From assembly GCF_009914755.1 (NCBI RefSeq), contig NC_060936.1: DNA of 64,000 nucleotides. One strand, 5' to 3'. This document shows positions 1 to 15,967 of this stretch, piece by piece (position 1 is the first letter of the stretch; each line of letters opens with the position of its first letter). The stretch comes from the human T2T-CHM13v2.0 reference genome, Homo sapiens. A program made the translations under genes and the position numbers. The notes below the pieces were generated by a model that saw only the letters and a list, made by a program, of their open reading frames with translations, was not told the origin of the DNA and did no database searches.

Positions 1-178
1 TCACAGGCTGTACAGCTTGGTAGCCTAGGAGTGATAGGCTATACCATAAGGCCTAAGTGTGTAGTAGATTATACCTTGTAGGTTTGTGAAAGTGTACTCT
101 ATGATGTTTGGCAATCACAAAATCGCCTAAGGACGCATTTCTCAGAATGTATCCCCATCATTCAGCCATACATGACTT
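1..178. mobile_element. Tigger3/MER7-type DNA transposon end, cut by window edge
   Basis: Terminal sequence ...gacgcatttctcagaatgtatcccc...catgact resembles the Tigger3 terminus (recall). Confidence 0.6.
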
Positions 179-241
179 TACATAAAATACATACGCACAT
201 TTTTTAAATTAGTGACAATGTACAGATGAATAAGAAACTCA

Positions 242-543
<302 letters not shown>

Positions 544-988
544 AAGAAACTCATATTAATCTGTGTAACACAAGTTTGCCAAAGCCTTATAAAGCTAAGG
601 GTACACATGGGAGTCAGATCAAGAGTAATTGCACCAATTCATTCACTCTTGTTTCTACCCACACACTTCAGGACCCCTTTCCAGAATTGCTATTTCCTTC
701 AGATTGTTCTGTGAGTCACTAGGCAGTATCAGGTGTTATCAAAAATGCTGTCAATGTGCCCACTCCTTTTTCCTTCCACTCCCTCCCACTTGTGGGAGGC
801 CTAAGCAGAGGTGACTGCGGAAGGCTGCAGCAGGGTGCTGCCCCTGGGCTTACACAGACACCACTCCTGAGGGGCTGCTGTTGTCCAGGTATTCCCGAGC
901 CCTCACTTTGTGGCAGACATGCTGTGCCTAACACAGAAGTGGGAGGATGCACCCAGTGTCCGCTCTGAGCCCAGCCCAAGCCAAAGTA

Positions 989-1049
989 GCTATTTAAAAC
1001 TCCCTGTGTCTGTAGTTAAGGGCTATTTAAAACTCCCTGTGTCTGTAGT
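989..1049. repeat. 28-bp direct duplication with 5-bp spacer
   Basis: gctatttaaaactccctgtgtctgtagt at 989-1016 and 1022-1049. Confidence 0.95.
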
Positions 1050-1259
1050 GAGGCCTAGCGTTCTCCTTTCCATTAACCTCTCTGATAGGCCATATGAGCA
1101 AATCTGGCAAGCACACAAACATTCATTTTCAAGCAGGTGCAAGAGTCATGGAGTTTGTTCTTCAACTCAATACACTTCAGTGCACTTCTCAGTGCACTGA
1201 CGATTGTGGCCTCTGAAAAGACTGTTGCCTGCAAATTTCACTAGCAGCATATGGGACAG

Positions 1260-1673
1260 TGATATGGTTTGGATGGGTGCCCCACCCAAATATCATATTG
1301 AAATGTAATTCCCAGTGCTGGAGGTGGGGCCTGGTGGGAGGTGGTTGGATCATGGGGCAAAGTTCTCATGAATGAGAATCATCCCCCCTTGGTTCTTTAT
1401 ACAGAGTGAGTTCTCATGAGATCTGGTTGTTTAGAAAATGTGTAGCACTATCCCCACCCACCCCCCCCCATCTTCTCCTATTCTTTCCATATAAGATGCT
1501 GGCTCACACTTTGCCTTTCACCACAAGTAAAAGCTACCTGAGGCCTCTCCAAAAGCAGATGCTGCCATGATTTCTGAACGGCCTGCAGAACTGTGAGCAA
1601 TTAAACCTCTTTTCTTTATAAATTACCCCATCTCAGGTATTTCTTTATAGCAATGCAAAAACAGCTTAATATA
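1260..1673 (+). mobile_element. MaLR solo LTR (MSTB-like)
   Basis: tgatatggtttggatg start, aattacccc-tctcaggtatttctttatagcaatgc end; 5-bp TSD gacag. Confidence 0.85.
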
Positions 1674-2015
1674 GACAGTATTCTGGTAGCAGGCAGGTAC
1701 AGCTCCCCTCTGGTTAGAATCAAGATAAAATCCTCTATTAAGCACCTGACAAGAGACCCAGTATACCCTAGGTCTAGAACACCAGTTCAAAAGGGAGTCT
1801 ACTACCTTTGCCAGATTCTTAAATCCTATTCCTGTGATATTGGAGATGCCTGTACAATATTCTACCAATTCACATTTTATGAACAGCTGTTGTTTCAGCA
1901 AAAGGAAAATAATTTCTGATATCCTTTACCCCAATTACCATATCCTTCAGGGCTAATCAGAAACAAAGTGCTTGCAGTAAGTAGGTTCTTTCATACACTT
2001 ATTTTTATTGTTTTA

Positions 2016-2330
2016 TGATTTAAAAATAGGTTTAATTATGGAAATCTCAAATATATTCTAAACTAGAGACTACAGTAATAACCGCCCTTAACCCATCACC
2101 CACCTTTGACAATTATCAATCCCAGACCAATCTTGTTCATCTCTATCCAGCTAGTCTTCCTCTCCCCTCATACCCAACCCAAACAATGACTTATTTTGAA
2201 GCAAATCCAAACATCACATCATATCATCCACAGATGCATTAGTATGAAGCTCTAAAATATAATATAACCACATCTTAAAATCATTATCACACATTCAAAA
2301 TTAGCAATATTTTTGTAATAAAAAATGTTT
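2016..2330 (-). mobile_element. Old L1M 3' fragment
   Basis: Degenerate antisense L1M 3'UTR-like sequence (recall). Confidence 0.45.
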
Positions 2331-2429
2331 TCAAGTGCAAACCACCCACATTGTATTTCAAATGCTAACTAATTGCCCCAGGGTGTATATGAAAACAAAG
2401 TAACATATGGATTACACTGACCAATAAAG

Positions 2430-3937
<1,508 letters not shown>

Positions 3938-4096
3938 TGAATAAAGTCATATGTCTATTCATTAAGACAGGGGTCACCCAACATTCACGTTTTAAGGAAT
4001 AGGTTCAATATTAGGTAAATGTCATGGAACTATATAATTTAGCCTTGGGGTCTTTAAAGCCATCTAACTGCGTGTAACACTCCCTTCACTTGCCTC

Positions 4097-4554
4097 TGAA
4101 GATCAGAATATGCTACTCAAAATATGCTACTTTGACATAAGGATTATTTTGAGCTGAAAGCAATTGAGAATCAAAAGATACAGGAAGAGATCTAGTGTCT
4201 TCCACTTATCTACCTAAAAGTCTTATCAAAGATGGAGAGTTTGCATAAATAGGCCTTACTAAAATAGCCTTTATCTTCCATTAGTTCCTACCACACACTT
4301 CCTACTCACTTCCCCACAATTTATCATACTTTGAAGTCCAAACCTTTTTTCCTTTGTTAAAAGGAAAGGGTCTATAACCACTCAAGTTTAATCACTTCTT
4401 TGAGTTTCACTTCTGCTCTGTGAACAGCCAAGCATGTAAATGTTAATAAAATCATGTGCCCTTTCTTTTGTTGATCTGTCTTTTGTTAGTTTAATTTGAA
4501 GGTCCCCATATACTGAATATAAGAGGGTAGAGAAAAAATTGTTCCTACCTGACA
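4097..4554 (+). mobile_element. ERV1 solo LTR (MER34/MER39-like)
   Basis: TG...CA ends, aataaa, gatcagaatatgctac..ggattattttgagctgaa motif. Confidence 0.65.
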
Positions 4555-5450
4555 GCTAGATCCCTGAGCCTGCACATACTCTATATTATGCTATTTCCAT
4601 CCCTCGTTCTTCTAGCATTCTAAATTCTACAATTGCTTTGTCTCAGGTAGCTTTTCAGTAGCAAAATCCTGAAATACTTTATACTCTGATATGATTAACT
4701 AATAATAGCTTAATATATCATCAACCAAAAATGCATTATAAATTAATAAAATTTTGTTAGGAAGAAATACTAGATTTATAACTTGCAATGCACACCAACT
4801 TAAAAAAGAAAAAGTGAAAAACTTAAAAAAAAATTTATAAGATTGCCTCTTCCTGAGAAAAACAAAGCCATGTTTAGCCTACGTAATATCTCTCTAATGG
4901 TATAATTCCAGGTAGTCTGATTAGGCGGTGGTAAAGATAGTGAGGAGGGAGCTGTTCTAACATCTCACATCATACCCTGTGATGCTACTTCCTGGCCCAG
5001 TTCTAGAGTGTGAGCAATTGCTGTTGTTTTCAGACTAGGAAGTAAGCAAAATAATGAGCAGACATATAATTAACTCTCAATTAGCCTCAGTAACTGGGGT
5101 CAGGAAATGCTTCACTAGTCAGATATCCTGAGAAATCATATTATTAAAATGCAGTCACTGAAAAGTAGAGAAAAGACTAAGAGGACACCCTCTTTTCACC
5201 ATGTGAAAAATAAAATTGAGCTAAACTCTTTCTTTTTTTTTTTTTTAAATAAAATCAGATTTGTCTACTCTCTAATAGAAATGCTTACTTGTTTTAATTT
5301 TACCCCCCTATCTTTTCACCACTGAATTCCTGGGCAGCTGGGTTAATGACCAAACAGCAGGAGGACAAGAAATCAAGAGGCCTAGATATTCCAGCAACTT
5401 AACAATCAAGGCATAACTTACCCATCCCCTTCTCCCTCATGAGTGTTCAT

Positions 5451-6016
5451 TGTTGGGGCTCAGGATATTCCACCCCAAAATACGACTGTAGGAGACCAGA
5501 ATATGCCATCCCAAAATATACCTCTTTCGCTCATTTTGAGCTGGTTATTCTGAGAAACTGCTAACATAGAAATAGCTCTGAAAAACTGTCCTTTTGTAAA
5601 ATAAATTTACGTCTATAAAAGAAATTTTTTTATAAAGAAAATCTATAGTAGTAAATTATTGGTACAAGCAAGAAGGCTGCTTTGAGATAATTTTTTTTAC
5701 CTGAAGATTTTCTATCTGCATAGCAGGACGGTCTTTGTTCACCATGCATTTCCTCCCCTTACCCTCCCCGAGGCTTGTTGCTGGCTCCCCGACCAGAGAT
5801 CTTGGGTCCCTATTTTTTCTGTAGCTCAGGATGCTAGATAAGCTTCAACCATCTCACTCTTCATGGAGTTCCATATTTTGTGGGAGTCTCATAGCTTTTG
5901 GGACTCCCATGCATATATAAATATGTTTTTCTCCTGTTCATCTGTCTTATGTCTAATTTCTAGCCCAGACACGGAACCTAGACAGGTAGGGGGAAGCCTT
6001 GTTTCGCTCCCCTACA
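5451..6016 (+). mobile_element. ERV1 solo LTR (MER34/MER39-like)
   Basis: tgttggggctcag...ctcccctaca; related to the LTR at 4097. Confidence 0.65.
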
Positions 6017-7708
6017 CCAGCCTCTTCCACTGAATGAAAAGTTATAGGGGTTCATCCATTGTGCGTAATGTGCCTCCTGTTTATTCACTTTCTAACTACC
6101 ACCATCGCAACAATTCAAAGATCTTACGGTAAAGACTGGGATCCTGGGGAAAAGAAGTCAGGAGGCATACTTCTGTCAAAGCCTCCCTCTGATGTCCATA
6201 CTTAAGGTGAAGTCCTCCCATAATGAGATGTCAGTTTACTTTTCTTTTTAAGTCTGCACATGAAAAAGGAGTCAAACTGGCAGAAAACATATTCAAAGGG
6301 CCTTGACTAAGTGTACAGACATGGCCTGTGGCCTATTGGAGGTGGGAGAGATCCCAGCAAGCTGTGGTCCCCCCTCTTGCATTTCTTTGTCCCAGCCATC
6401 TCAAATAACAGACTGGAAGAAGAAAAAGGATAACAAGGATAAAAGTAAAAGGTCAGTTTCCAAATAGGACATCGATATATTTTCATAAGCCATTACCAAC
6501 TCCTGAGTCTGGGGAACCATTATATTGTCTGAGAGGATAAGCAGGCAAGATCTTGGACAGAATAAAGATAAAAACAGCTTCAATGAGCTTTACCCATTGA
6601 CCTGTCTGATGACAGGTCTTCAGACTACAGGAGGAATTTCTAAAGCTGGATTCAATACAAGAAACGCTATTTCCAAGAAAGGCAAAACCAGCTGCTGATG
6701 GAAAAGTATAGCTTAAGTTTATTGGACTTTTTTTGTTTTGCTTTTTTTTCTTTTTTCCCTACAGAGGGTCTATAAATCACTGATCTCTTTGTGCCTTCCT
6801 CTGTACAATACAGGGCAGGTTGCCCAAAGGGGGAAGAAAAAAAATCCCTCTATCTTTGTCAGACTAAATAGCAGCTCAGGTCTGGGCACCACATACCCAA
6901 AAAGGGCCAGGTGGCATGTGGAGCTCTTACAGCCTTTCCAACCATTCCAGTGCCAGCTTCTTATCCTCAGCAATAACCTGAGATGGGCTTCCTGCAGAGC
7001 CAGGTGCACATCCAACCATTCTCCTCTCTAGCTGTGAACACCAGCACAGCTTGCATTTCCTATGATACAACCCAGCTCCACAAATTCTAGGGGGTCTAGA
7101 GAGACCCTATTCAGATAACTTACTGACCACATAAGCACGTCAGGTGGTCACCCATCCTGCACCCTGCAAACAAGCCAGCTGAGGGACTATAAAAGGAACA
7201 GAGATGTCACCAGGAGGCTTATTATTGTGTTTTTAAATTTTATCCTGCCTCAGGCCACGTTTATCCAATGCAATTGGATACCTGATCCAGATAAAACCTT
7301 ATTCCTCCCAGGGCTCTCTTAAGTGAGAATAAAGCCCCTTCCATCTCCATTGACAACCATTTTCATATGTTCTCGCACCTTCCCAATACATTACAAAAGG
7401 ATATTTTAAATACGCAGGTGACCTCTTTACCAAAAGCAAGTGGGTAAAAGTTTGGAGCAGTGGCAAGCAGATGGTACAGTTGGTACAAATAGTTATTTAA
7501 ATTTCTTATTTCAGCTCTTTTATCTAGTAAGTTTTTACTTCCAGCCTACCCAAAATAGGCCCTATGGATTCCCTACCAGTCAGGTGAAGTGGTTTCTCTG
7601 GAAATGTAAGCTCAGTGGTAAACTGAGTGATTTAAGATCTTACAAAGAGAGTATATGCTACTTCAAATTCAGCCCAGAAAGCATGAATGCCTTAAATCAA
7701 TGGCTTCA

Positions 7709-7918
<210 letters not shown>

Positions 7919-8037
7919 TCACACTCAAGTCTACAATCCCACGTGGCTGTGTAACTGAAGCAAGTTTCATGAAACCGTGCTGACTTTTGCTATGCTCTAT
8001 ACAATTTTTTTCCTTAAAAAAAAAAAGAAAAAATGCT

Positions 8038-8339
8038 GGCCAGGCGTGGTGGCTCACGCCTGTAATCCCAGCACTTTGGGAGGTCAAGGCAAGCGAATCA
8101 CAAGGTCAGGAGTTCAAGACCAGCCTGGCCAACATGGTGAAACCCAGTCTCTACTAAAAATACAAAAATAAAATTAGCTAGGCACAGCGGCAGGTGCTTG
8201 TAATCCTAGCTACTCAGGAGGCTGAGGCAGGAGAATCGCTTGAACTCAGGAGGCAGAGGTTGCAGTGAGCCAAGATTGCACCACTGCACTCCATCCAGGG
8301 CAACAGAGTGAGAATCCATCTCAAAAAGAAAAAAAAAAA
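8038..8339 (+). mobile_element. AluS
   Basis: Full dimer with A-tail; TSD aaaaatgctg. Confidence 0.95.
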
Positions 8340-8422
8340 TGCTGCTGCAAGTTGAAGCTCACTGTATTGAGTTTATATCCCACTAATGAATTGAGGTTCA
8401 CAGTTTTTTAAATCCTGCTTTA

Positions 8423-8580
<158 letters not shown>

Positions 8581-11255
8581 TTATACTGAGGAAAAACTAC
8601 TTTAAAACTCCCCGTCTTATTTATCTACTATCTAATGCCTCTCACTAAAAGGATAAACATCACACATTATCAGAAATGTCTTGTTATGTTTTAGGGGTGA
8701 GAGAAATGATAACAGGTGGGAGGATAAAAAGTAAATAGTACCAGATGGAAGTACCAGAAGGAAAATAACAAATAAAAACTTTTACAGAGATTGAGGAAAT
8801 GGCCCCAAAACATCCTAAAAGTTATCTCATAACACGTTGTTCAATAAACAAGGTCTAACAGTCTTTTCTCAGTTCTTCCCAGGCGCTGTGGCAGGCCAAT
8901 GATGGGGGAGGCTGGAGAGAGAAGTAGCTGGACTTCATGCTGCCTGCATATGCACCACCTCGGACAGACCTTGTACACACAGTTGGGGGGCTGAACAAAC
9001 GGCCGGGGCTGAGGCTGCCTCTCTGTTCTTGCATCCAGGAGAGGGATGTCCGGGAGTCCAATTGCCAAGCTCTTACACAGTGCGATGGAGAAAGGCCTGA
9101 GCTCTCCTCCGTGGCCTTTTCACAGGAGAGGGAAGAGATTCCTACAGTGGAAAAGCAGGCTGGAGCACTGCGAATTTCTCTGGCCATGCCTTGTTTACCC
9201 AGCTTTAAAATGATGCAGATAAAAAGCAGAGTCAATAAGGAAAGTGGTTTATATTCAAGGATCTGAATTTTATTATTGGTAAATTGTAATATATCTTACA
9301 TCCTTGCAGGGATAAAACATTCATAAACCACATTTCCCAGCTCCACCATTCTTCCATTTCCTCTCCTGACAGGAGAGAAGGGAGAGAGGGTGGAGAGGGA
9401 GAGAGAAAGTGAGAGAAGAAGGAAAAGGAGAAGGAGGAAGAGAATGAGGATGAGGAAAAGACAAAAAGAAAAAAAAGGAAGGAAGGCAGAAAAAGTACTA
9501 AAGCTAGAATCTAATCAGGTCTCCATTTAGTTTAACTCAGAAAATTTTTTCTTCTTTTAAGTGCACATGGGGCCAAAAATGTTTGAAGTCCTAGCTGCTT
9601 TTTTTAATGCAAAAAAGATAAAGATAATATACTTTTACTATCACATTGGGGATTAAAAGAAAAAAAGAAAAATATATTAAAAAATAGTAAAACTAATGTA
9701 ATTTATACTAAAGTGTAAAATGTCATTTTAGTGTCTTTCTAGAAGTGATAAGGAGTAATCAGTGAAAGGTATGAAGATGACCAAACAATCAGATTTTGTC
9801 TAAAATAGGACCTGTGAATTTCCTACTCTTTAAATAACTTTCATCAGCCACCCACCCCATTGGCTTAGTTTCTTCCTCTTCTTTGAATCAATCCAAACAT
9901 CCACAGGTCCCCATAGCTAACATGAGAGTTAATCATTTCTTTTCCCAAATGACTCTAATGTGTTTGGGCTGGGATAGGCAGACCAGTAAGCAGCCAGGAT
10001 CACAGTAATTTGGCAAGGATGGTAGGCAAAGACTACAAATATTTTCTAGACAATTAAACCTAAAGTGAATTCAACCTCTCTCCATTTAATTCCAAAGGCC
10101 TCCAAGCCTTCTATGAATGACATCTTGATGCTCTTGAAGACATCATTTCAACTGATTGCCTTCTCTGTTTCTGTTGCAGGCATACACGTGAGCAGACTCT
10201 ATTTCACCTCTAGGCAGGCAATGTTTTCAAGCCAATCATGATGAAAGTGCTTAACTTGAGATGAGTCTAAGATAAGTGTTTCTACTCATACCCCATTTTG
10301 ATCTTTGAAATATAACTTAATGTTTTGTAGGTTATCAGCAGGGCCCACTTTACTGAATTTTCATCTCCCAGTAGGAATCCAAATTTATATAAGCTCCCAG
10401 TTAGAATTTCCTGACATCAAAAACTTAAGTGACTTTATATATATAACAAGTTCATTAAAAACTTCTGTTCAGGGTCAAAGCCACAGAGCCCTTCTCAGAA
10501 GTCACAGAGCTGGAAGCCACAGAACCCTCCTCAGAAACAGGAACATTCTCAGTAGTAGAAATCAGCTTGATGATAAGGAAAATATACAAGTTATATTCAT
10601 GTCACCATAGAATCCAAATCATCAATGTGGCATTTCTCACCTCCCAGAACATCTTCCTAGTTTAGTTTTTCTCTGAGAATCGTCACGTCATGAATGTGCT
10701 ACTAAGAGTCAGGAGAGCTGGACTTCAAAACACCAGCTTTGCCCATGACTAGCTTTGTGACTTTGAACACACTTTGAACACATCTGTAAACCTCTCTTGA
10801 TCCCTGTTTTCTCAATCCCACAAGAGCACACACATACAAAATCTCATCTGAAAAATGCTGGGACTTGATTAGATGATCTCTAAAACCATTTTCCATTTAT
10901 AACAACCTATTCTAAAACTAGGACTCATTTTATCCCTTAACAAAAATGTATAGGGCTAGAAATCCTCAAATTGTTGGAGTCCCCTAAGATGTAACAAATG
11001 CCCCTTGAATTTGAAACAGAGGTTCATGTTACACCAAAGCTTACAACCTTCAAATCAGGGTTATTTATTCCTGCTTTTTTCCAGTCAGTCAATAAAACTT
11101 ATTGGACATCTGCTACATACCAGGCACTGTCTTGAGCCTAAGTGAACATCAGAGAGGAGGCAACAGGTTTAAAAGCCAGCAGCTGTATAAAGAAGTGGGA
11201 GATGGCAGAGAGAGCAGAGAAGAAAGAAAAAAGGAATATGTCAGCATATTTCTTC

Positions 11256-11749
11256 TGTTACCAAAACACTAGGGGTTTGGTCTAGGTCCCATTGCTCTCT
11301 GCACAGAAAGCCAATCACTGAGACAAGGAGTATTGCCAGGGAAGAAAGCTTATTCAAGTCCTGCATCTGAGGTGATGGGACGTTGGTCTCAAATCTATCT
11401 CCTCAACCAACTAAAAGTAGGGGTTTGCACAGCAAGGGAGAAATGTAACTGTGTGGAAAAATAGGAATTAGGGAGGAGTAAAGAAAAGGATTGGTCAACA
11501 GGAAGCTGGTGGTCAGTTAGGCAATCATGTCCAGGGAGGGATCTGGTGTCTCACTGTCCAGAGGCAGTGAACTGGTGAGTTTCAGTTCCATAATACTATC
11601 TGGGGAGCTTGCTGGTTGGTTTCCTGAGAAAGGAACTCAGATAAGACAAACGTCACTTTCTCAAGTTTTAAGACTGGAAAGGTCAATTTCTATGTTTATC
11701 CAAAATAAACCATAAACATCAGTTCTATGAGACAATTGCGCCAGTTTCA
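11256..11749 (-). mobile_element. ERV1 (MER4-group) solo LTR
   Basis: TG...CA termini with 4-bp TSD cttc at 11252-11255 and 11750-11753. Confidence 0.8.
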
Positions 11750-11845
11750 CTTCCAGCACAGAAGCCTCAATTTATTTTTTTGCCATAAATACCAAAGAAG
11801 TTATAAGACACTAAGTGCTGAAAGGCAACTAGAAGAAGGTGTGCT

Positions 11846-11998
11846 TTTCAAAAGTTGACTATTATTTAGCAGTTTTAGGTTAATGGCAAAATTAAATGGA
11901 AAGTAGAGATTTTCCATGGACCCTGCCTCCCACATGTGCTCAGCCTCCCCAACATCTTGCATTGGGGTGGTACATTTGTTACAACTGATGAACCTAAA
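11846..11998 (-). mobile_element. L1MA/MB 3' fragment
   Basis: Antisense motif ggtacatttgttacaactgatgaaccta. Confidence 0.55.
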
Positions 11999-12339
11999 GG
12001 GATATGTGGTTGTGTTTATTTTTCAATGGATGAAACTCACATATAACAATGATCGCCAAAATACAAAATTGACATTTAATCTTTAGGATGTTTGACTAAT
12101 CTGTTTCTCCCATTCTAACATTGGCTTTTAATCTTTAAGGAACCAGAGAGAAAAGAAATATGACCCAAGCTGCTTCTGAAAGTCTGGGGAACAACTGGTA
12201 CACTACAGAGGCTCACATCAGGAGAAGAAAAAATCCCTTCAGCTACTGGAGTCTGAGCTACTTTGGGGTACTCTTTCTTCCAACTTTTCCCCTTCCTAAC
12301 CCACTCCTCCCAGAACACATGTAGCCACACCAGACCAAT

Positions 12340-12763
12340 CTTGTTCAACTTTTATGTAACAAAGTTGTGAGTTGCTTTTCAGTCACCATGGACCCCCAGG
12401 TTGAAGGTCATGTAACCTGAGCATGCCCAGATGAACCAAGCATGCCACTATGGGGAAATCTAAGTGCTCCAACAGAGGAGCAGGAACACGGGCTGTATTA
12501 AGTAGACACTGCATGGCAGGATCCAGGATCCAATCAGATTGAGTTCTGGCCTCACCTCATTGCAAGATCCAATCAGATCACACCTCATTACCCTATGCTT
12601 ATAAAATCTGACCCAGCCCCCAGCTAAGGAAGACATTTTTGAGCATTTCCTTCTGTCTCCTTGACAGTCAACTTACAATAAACTTTTCTCACTGCAAAAA
12701 CCCAGTGCTTCGGTGTTTGGCTTTCCATTGTGCATGGGTAAATGAACCCAGTTTGGTGTGGTA

Positions 12764-12765
<2 letters not shown>
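12340..12765 (+). mobile_element. ERV solo LTR, family uncertain
   Basis: TATA-like cttataaaa, aataaa, tgtaacctgagcatgcccagatgaacc motif; followed by (CA)n. Confidence 0.6.

Positions 12766-12794
<29 letters not shown>
12766..12794. repeat. (CA)n microsatellite
   Basis: Direct observation. Confidence 0.95.
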
Positions 12795-12798
<4 letters not shown>

Positions 12799-13273
12799 CA
12801 TTCTAACTCGGAGAGCCTCCGTAAGATCTTTCTTTAACCAGGAGGTTGAGGACCATTTTCTAAGACCCCTCTTAGACCCTTGATAATCCTAATTTAGCCA
12901 GTACCCCAAGATGGAAACAAATACTATAGGGACTTTCAGAGCTAGGAGGCAACACACCTCTACAACAGGATGTTGTAAATTCTCCAAAACATGCATTTTC
13001 AAACTACATGAGACTTCCACCACCTAATCCACCAAGAATCAGATTCAGATACACCTCTGGAGTACCTACCACCCTCTTTCCTTTAGAATCACTTCCCTGG
13101 TAAGGCACAGAAGTTAAGTGGAAGTTGCTGAAATAAAATGACATGCTAAGAATCTCTGTTCTAGAAATCACTATCCACAATACAAATGTAGAAAATTAAA
13201 ATAAATTCTTAATATTTCTCCATTCAGCTTACTATATACTCTAACCAAAATACTTTAATTAAAAGCTAAGTCT

Positions 13274-13954
<681 letters not shown>

Positions 13955-14260
13955 GCCAGGCACAGTGGTTTACACCTGTAATCCCAGAACTTTGGGAGGC
14001 TGAGGCAGGTGGAGCACCTGAGGTCAAGAGTTTGAGACCAGCCTGGCCAACATGGTGAAACCCCATCTCTACTAAAAATACAAAAATTAGCCAGGCATGG
14101 TGGCGGGCACCTGTAATTCCAGCTACCTGGGAGGCTGAGGCAGGAGAATCGCTTGAATCCAGGTAGCAGAGGTTGAAGTAAGCCAAGATGGCACCACTGT
14201 ACTCCAGCCTGGGTGACAGAGTGAGACTCTATCTCAAAAAAATAAAATAAAAATAAAAAT
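13955..14260 (+). mobile_element. AluS fused to the 3' end of the TMEM141 retrocopy
   Basis: Full Alu; TSD aagctaagtct (13263-13273 and 14261-14271) encloses retrocopy plus Alu. Confidence 0.93.
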
Positions 14261-14379
14261 AAGCTAAGTCTATACATTAAGTTAAAACCACAATTTTTAA
14301 AACCCCATAATCAATAATTATGTTCTGATATGATGAATATACATGACTTAGATCCTAAAACATAGCAGGAGATTGGCTC

Positions 14380-14764
14380 TGTATTAGTCTATTTTCACAC
14401 TGCTATAAAGAACTATCTGAAACTAGGTAATTTATGAAGAAAAGAGGTTTAATTAACTCACAGTTCTGCAGGCTTAACAGGAAGCATGACTGGGAAGCCT
14501 CAGGAAACTTACAATCATGGTGGAAGGCAAAGGGGAAGCAAGGACCTTCTTCACCTGGTGGCAGGGCAGACAGAGAGCAAAGGGGGAAGTATCACACACT
14601 TTCAAAGAACCAGATCTCATGAGAACTCACTCACTATCACAAGAACAGCAAGGGGGAAGTTTGCCCCCACAATTCAATCACCTCCCACCAGGCCCCTTCC
14701 TCAACATGTGAAGATTACGATTCGATATGAGATTTGGGTAAGGACATAGAGCTAAACCATACCA
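14380..14764 (-). mobile_element. MaLR solo LTR (MSTA/THE1-like)
   Basis: tgtattagtc...aaaccatacca with 5-bp TSD ggctc. Confidence 0.9.
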
Positions 14765-15357
14765 GGCTCCCATTCAATGAGACAAAAAAATTAGTATGAA
14801 TTTGTATGAAGAGTAAAAAGAACTCTTTGATAGATTCCACCTACATGCAAAAACTTTGTTTTATTTATCAGACATCATTCCAGCAAGGAATCCTATTTGA
14901 AGGCGTCACTAAGTTAAGAAAGGGGAAAACAAGGGCACAATAAATATGTGCAATCTTCATTCAAGTGCTAGTTTGTAATTCCAGTTCTCCTCTTCATGCT
15001 CTGCCTGATTTTTTTCTCCACTAGGTGGATAGGTAGGGGTACTAGAGATAGTAACTCTTGTTAGGATTTGAGCTCAGAAATCAGGACTGGATCTAAGGTG
15101 GGAAACTATGTTCTAGACCCAGATAGACTACAAGCTTTGTGACATTGATTAAGTTGTCATCCCTCTGGTCAAAGATCCTTATTTTAAAAAGGAAGTGCTG
15201 TACTATATGATCTCTAGGGTTCTTTCCACCCTTATAACCCCATTATCTGGGGATTTGAGGTATAACCAATCCAGGTGGTACACCAACCTGGGGCTTTCAA
15301 TACTAAGGAATCTTCTAGAAAATTACTAATAGCCAATAAATATTTAAGTATACCATC

Positions 15358-15967
15358 TGCTATAGTTTGGATATGTGATCCTCCAAATCTCATGTTGAAA
15401 TTTGATTCCTAATGTTGGAGGTGGGACCTAATGGGAGGTTGTTTGTGTCATGGAAGCCGATACCTCATGAATCTCTTAGTGCCTTCCTCACATTAATGAG
15501 TGAGTTTTTTCTTTATTATTTCCCCTCAAGAGTTTCTCCAAGTGCTGGTTAAAAAGAGCCTAACACCTTCCCTATCTCTTGCTTCCTCTCTTTCCCTGTA
15601 ATCTCTGCACATGCCAGCTCCTCTTCTCCTTCCACCACAAATGGAAGCAGCCTAAAGCCCTCACCAGAAACAGATGCTGGCATCATCCTTCTTCTTCAGT
15701 CTGAAGAACTGTGAGCCAAATAAACCTCATATATATATATATATTTTTAGACAAGGCCTTACCCTGTCACCCAAGCTAGAGTGCAGTGGCATGATCACAG
15801 CTCACTGCAGCCTCAACCTCCTGGGCTGAAGTGATCCTCCCACCTCAGCTTCCCAAGTAGCTGAGACTACAGGCATGCACCAACACGCCCAGCTAATAAA
15901 GCTCTTTTTTTTACTAAATTACCCAGCCTCAGGTATTCCTTAATAGCAACATATACAGACTAAGAAA
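15358..15967 (+). mobile_element. MaLR solo LTR (MSTB-like) interrupted by an antisense Alu monomer (~15730-15897)
   Basis: 5-bp TSD ccatc; inner Alu right arm with (TA)n tail and aataaa(c/g)ctc duplication. Confidence 0.85.

Noticed and set aside
1177-1200. Hairpin tcagtgcact-tctc-agtgcactga matching the first 10 nt of miR-148a-3p
   Set aside because: The rest of the mature miRNA and precursor is absent; it is a short palindromic duplication.
6599-6618. 8-bp inverted repeat gacctgtc-tgat-gacaggtc
   Set aside because: Expected by chance in 64 kb.
8855-9266. Overlapping 126-aa (-) and 109-aa (+) ORFs as a CDS
   Set aside because: No recognisable homology or domain; kept only as a low-confidence exon-like island.
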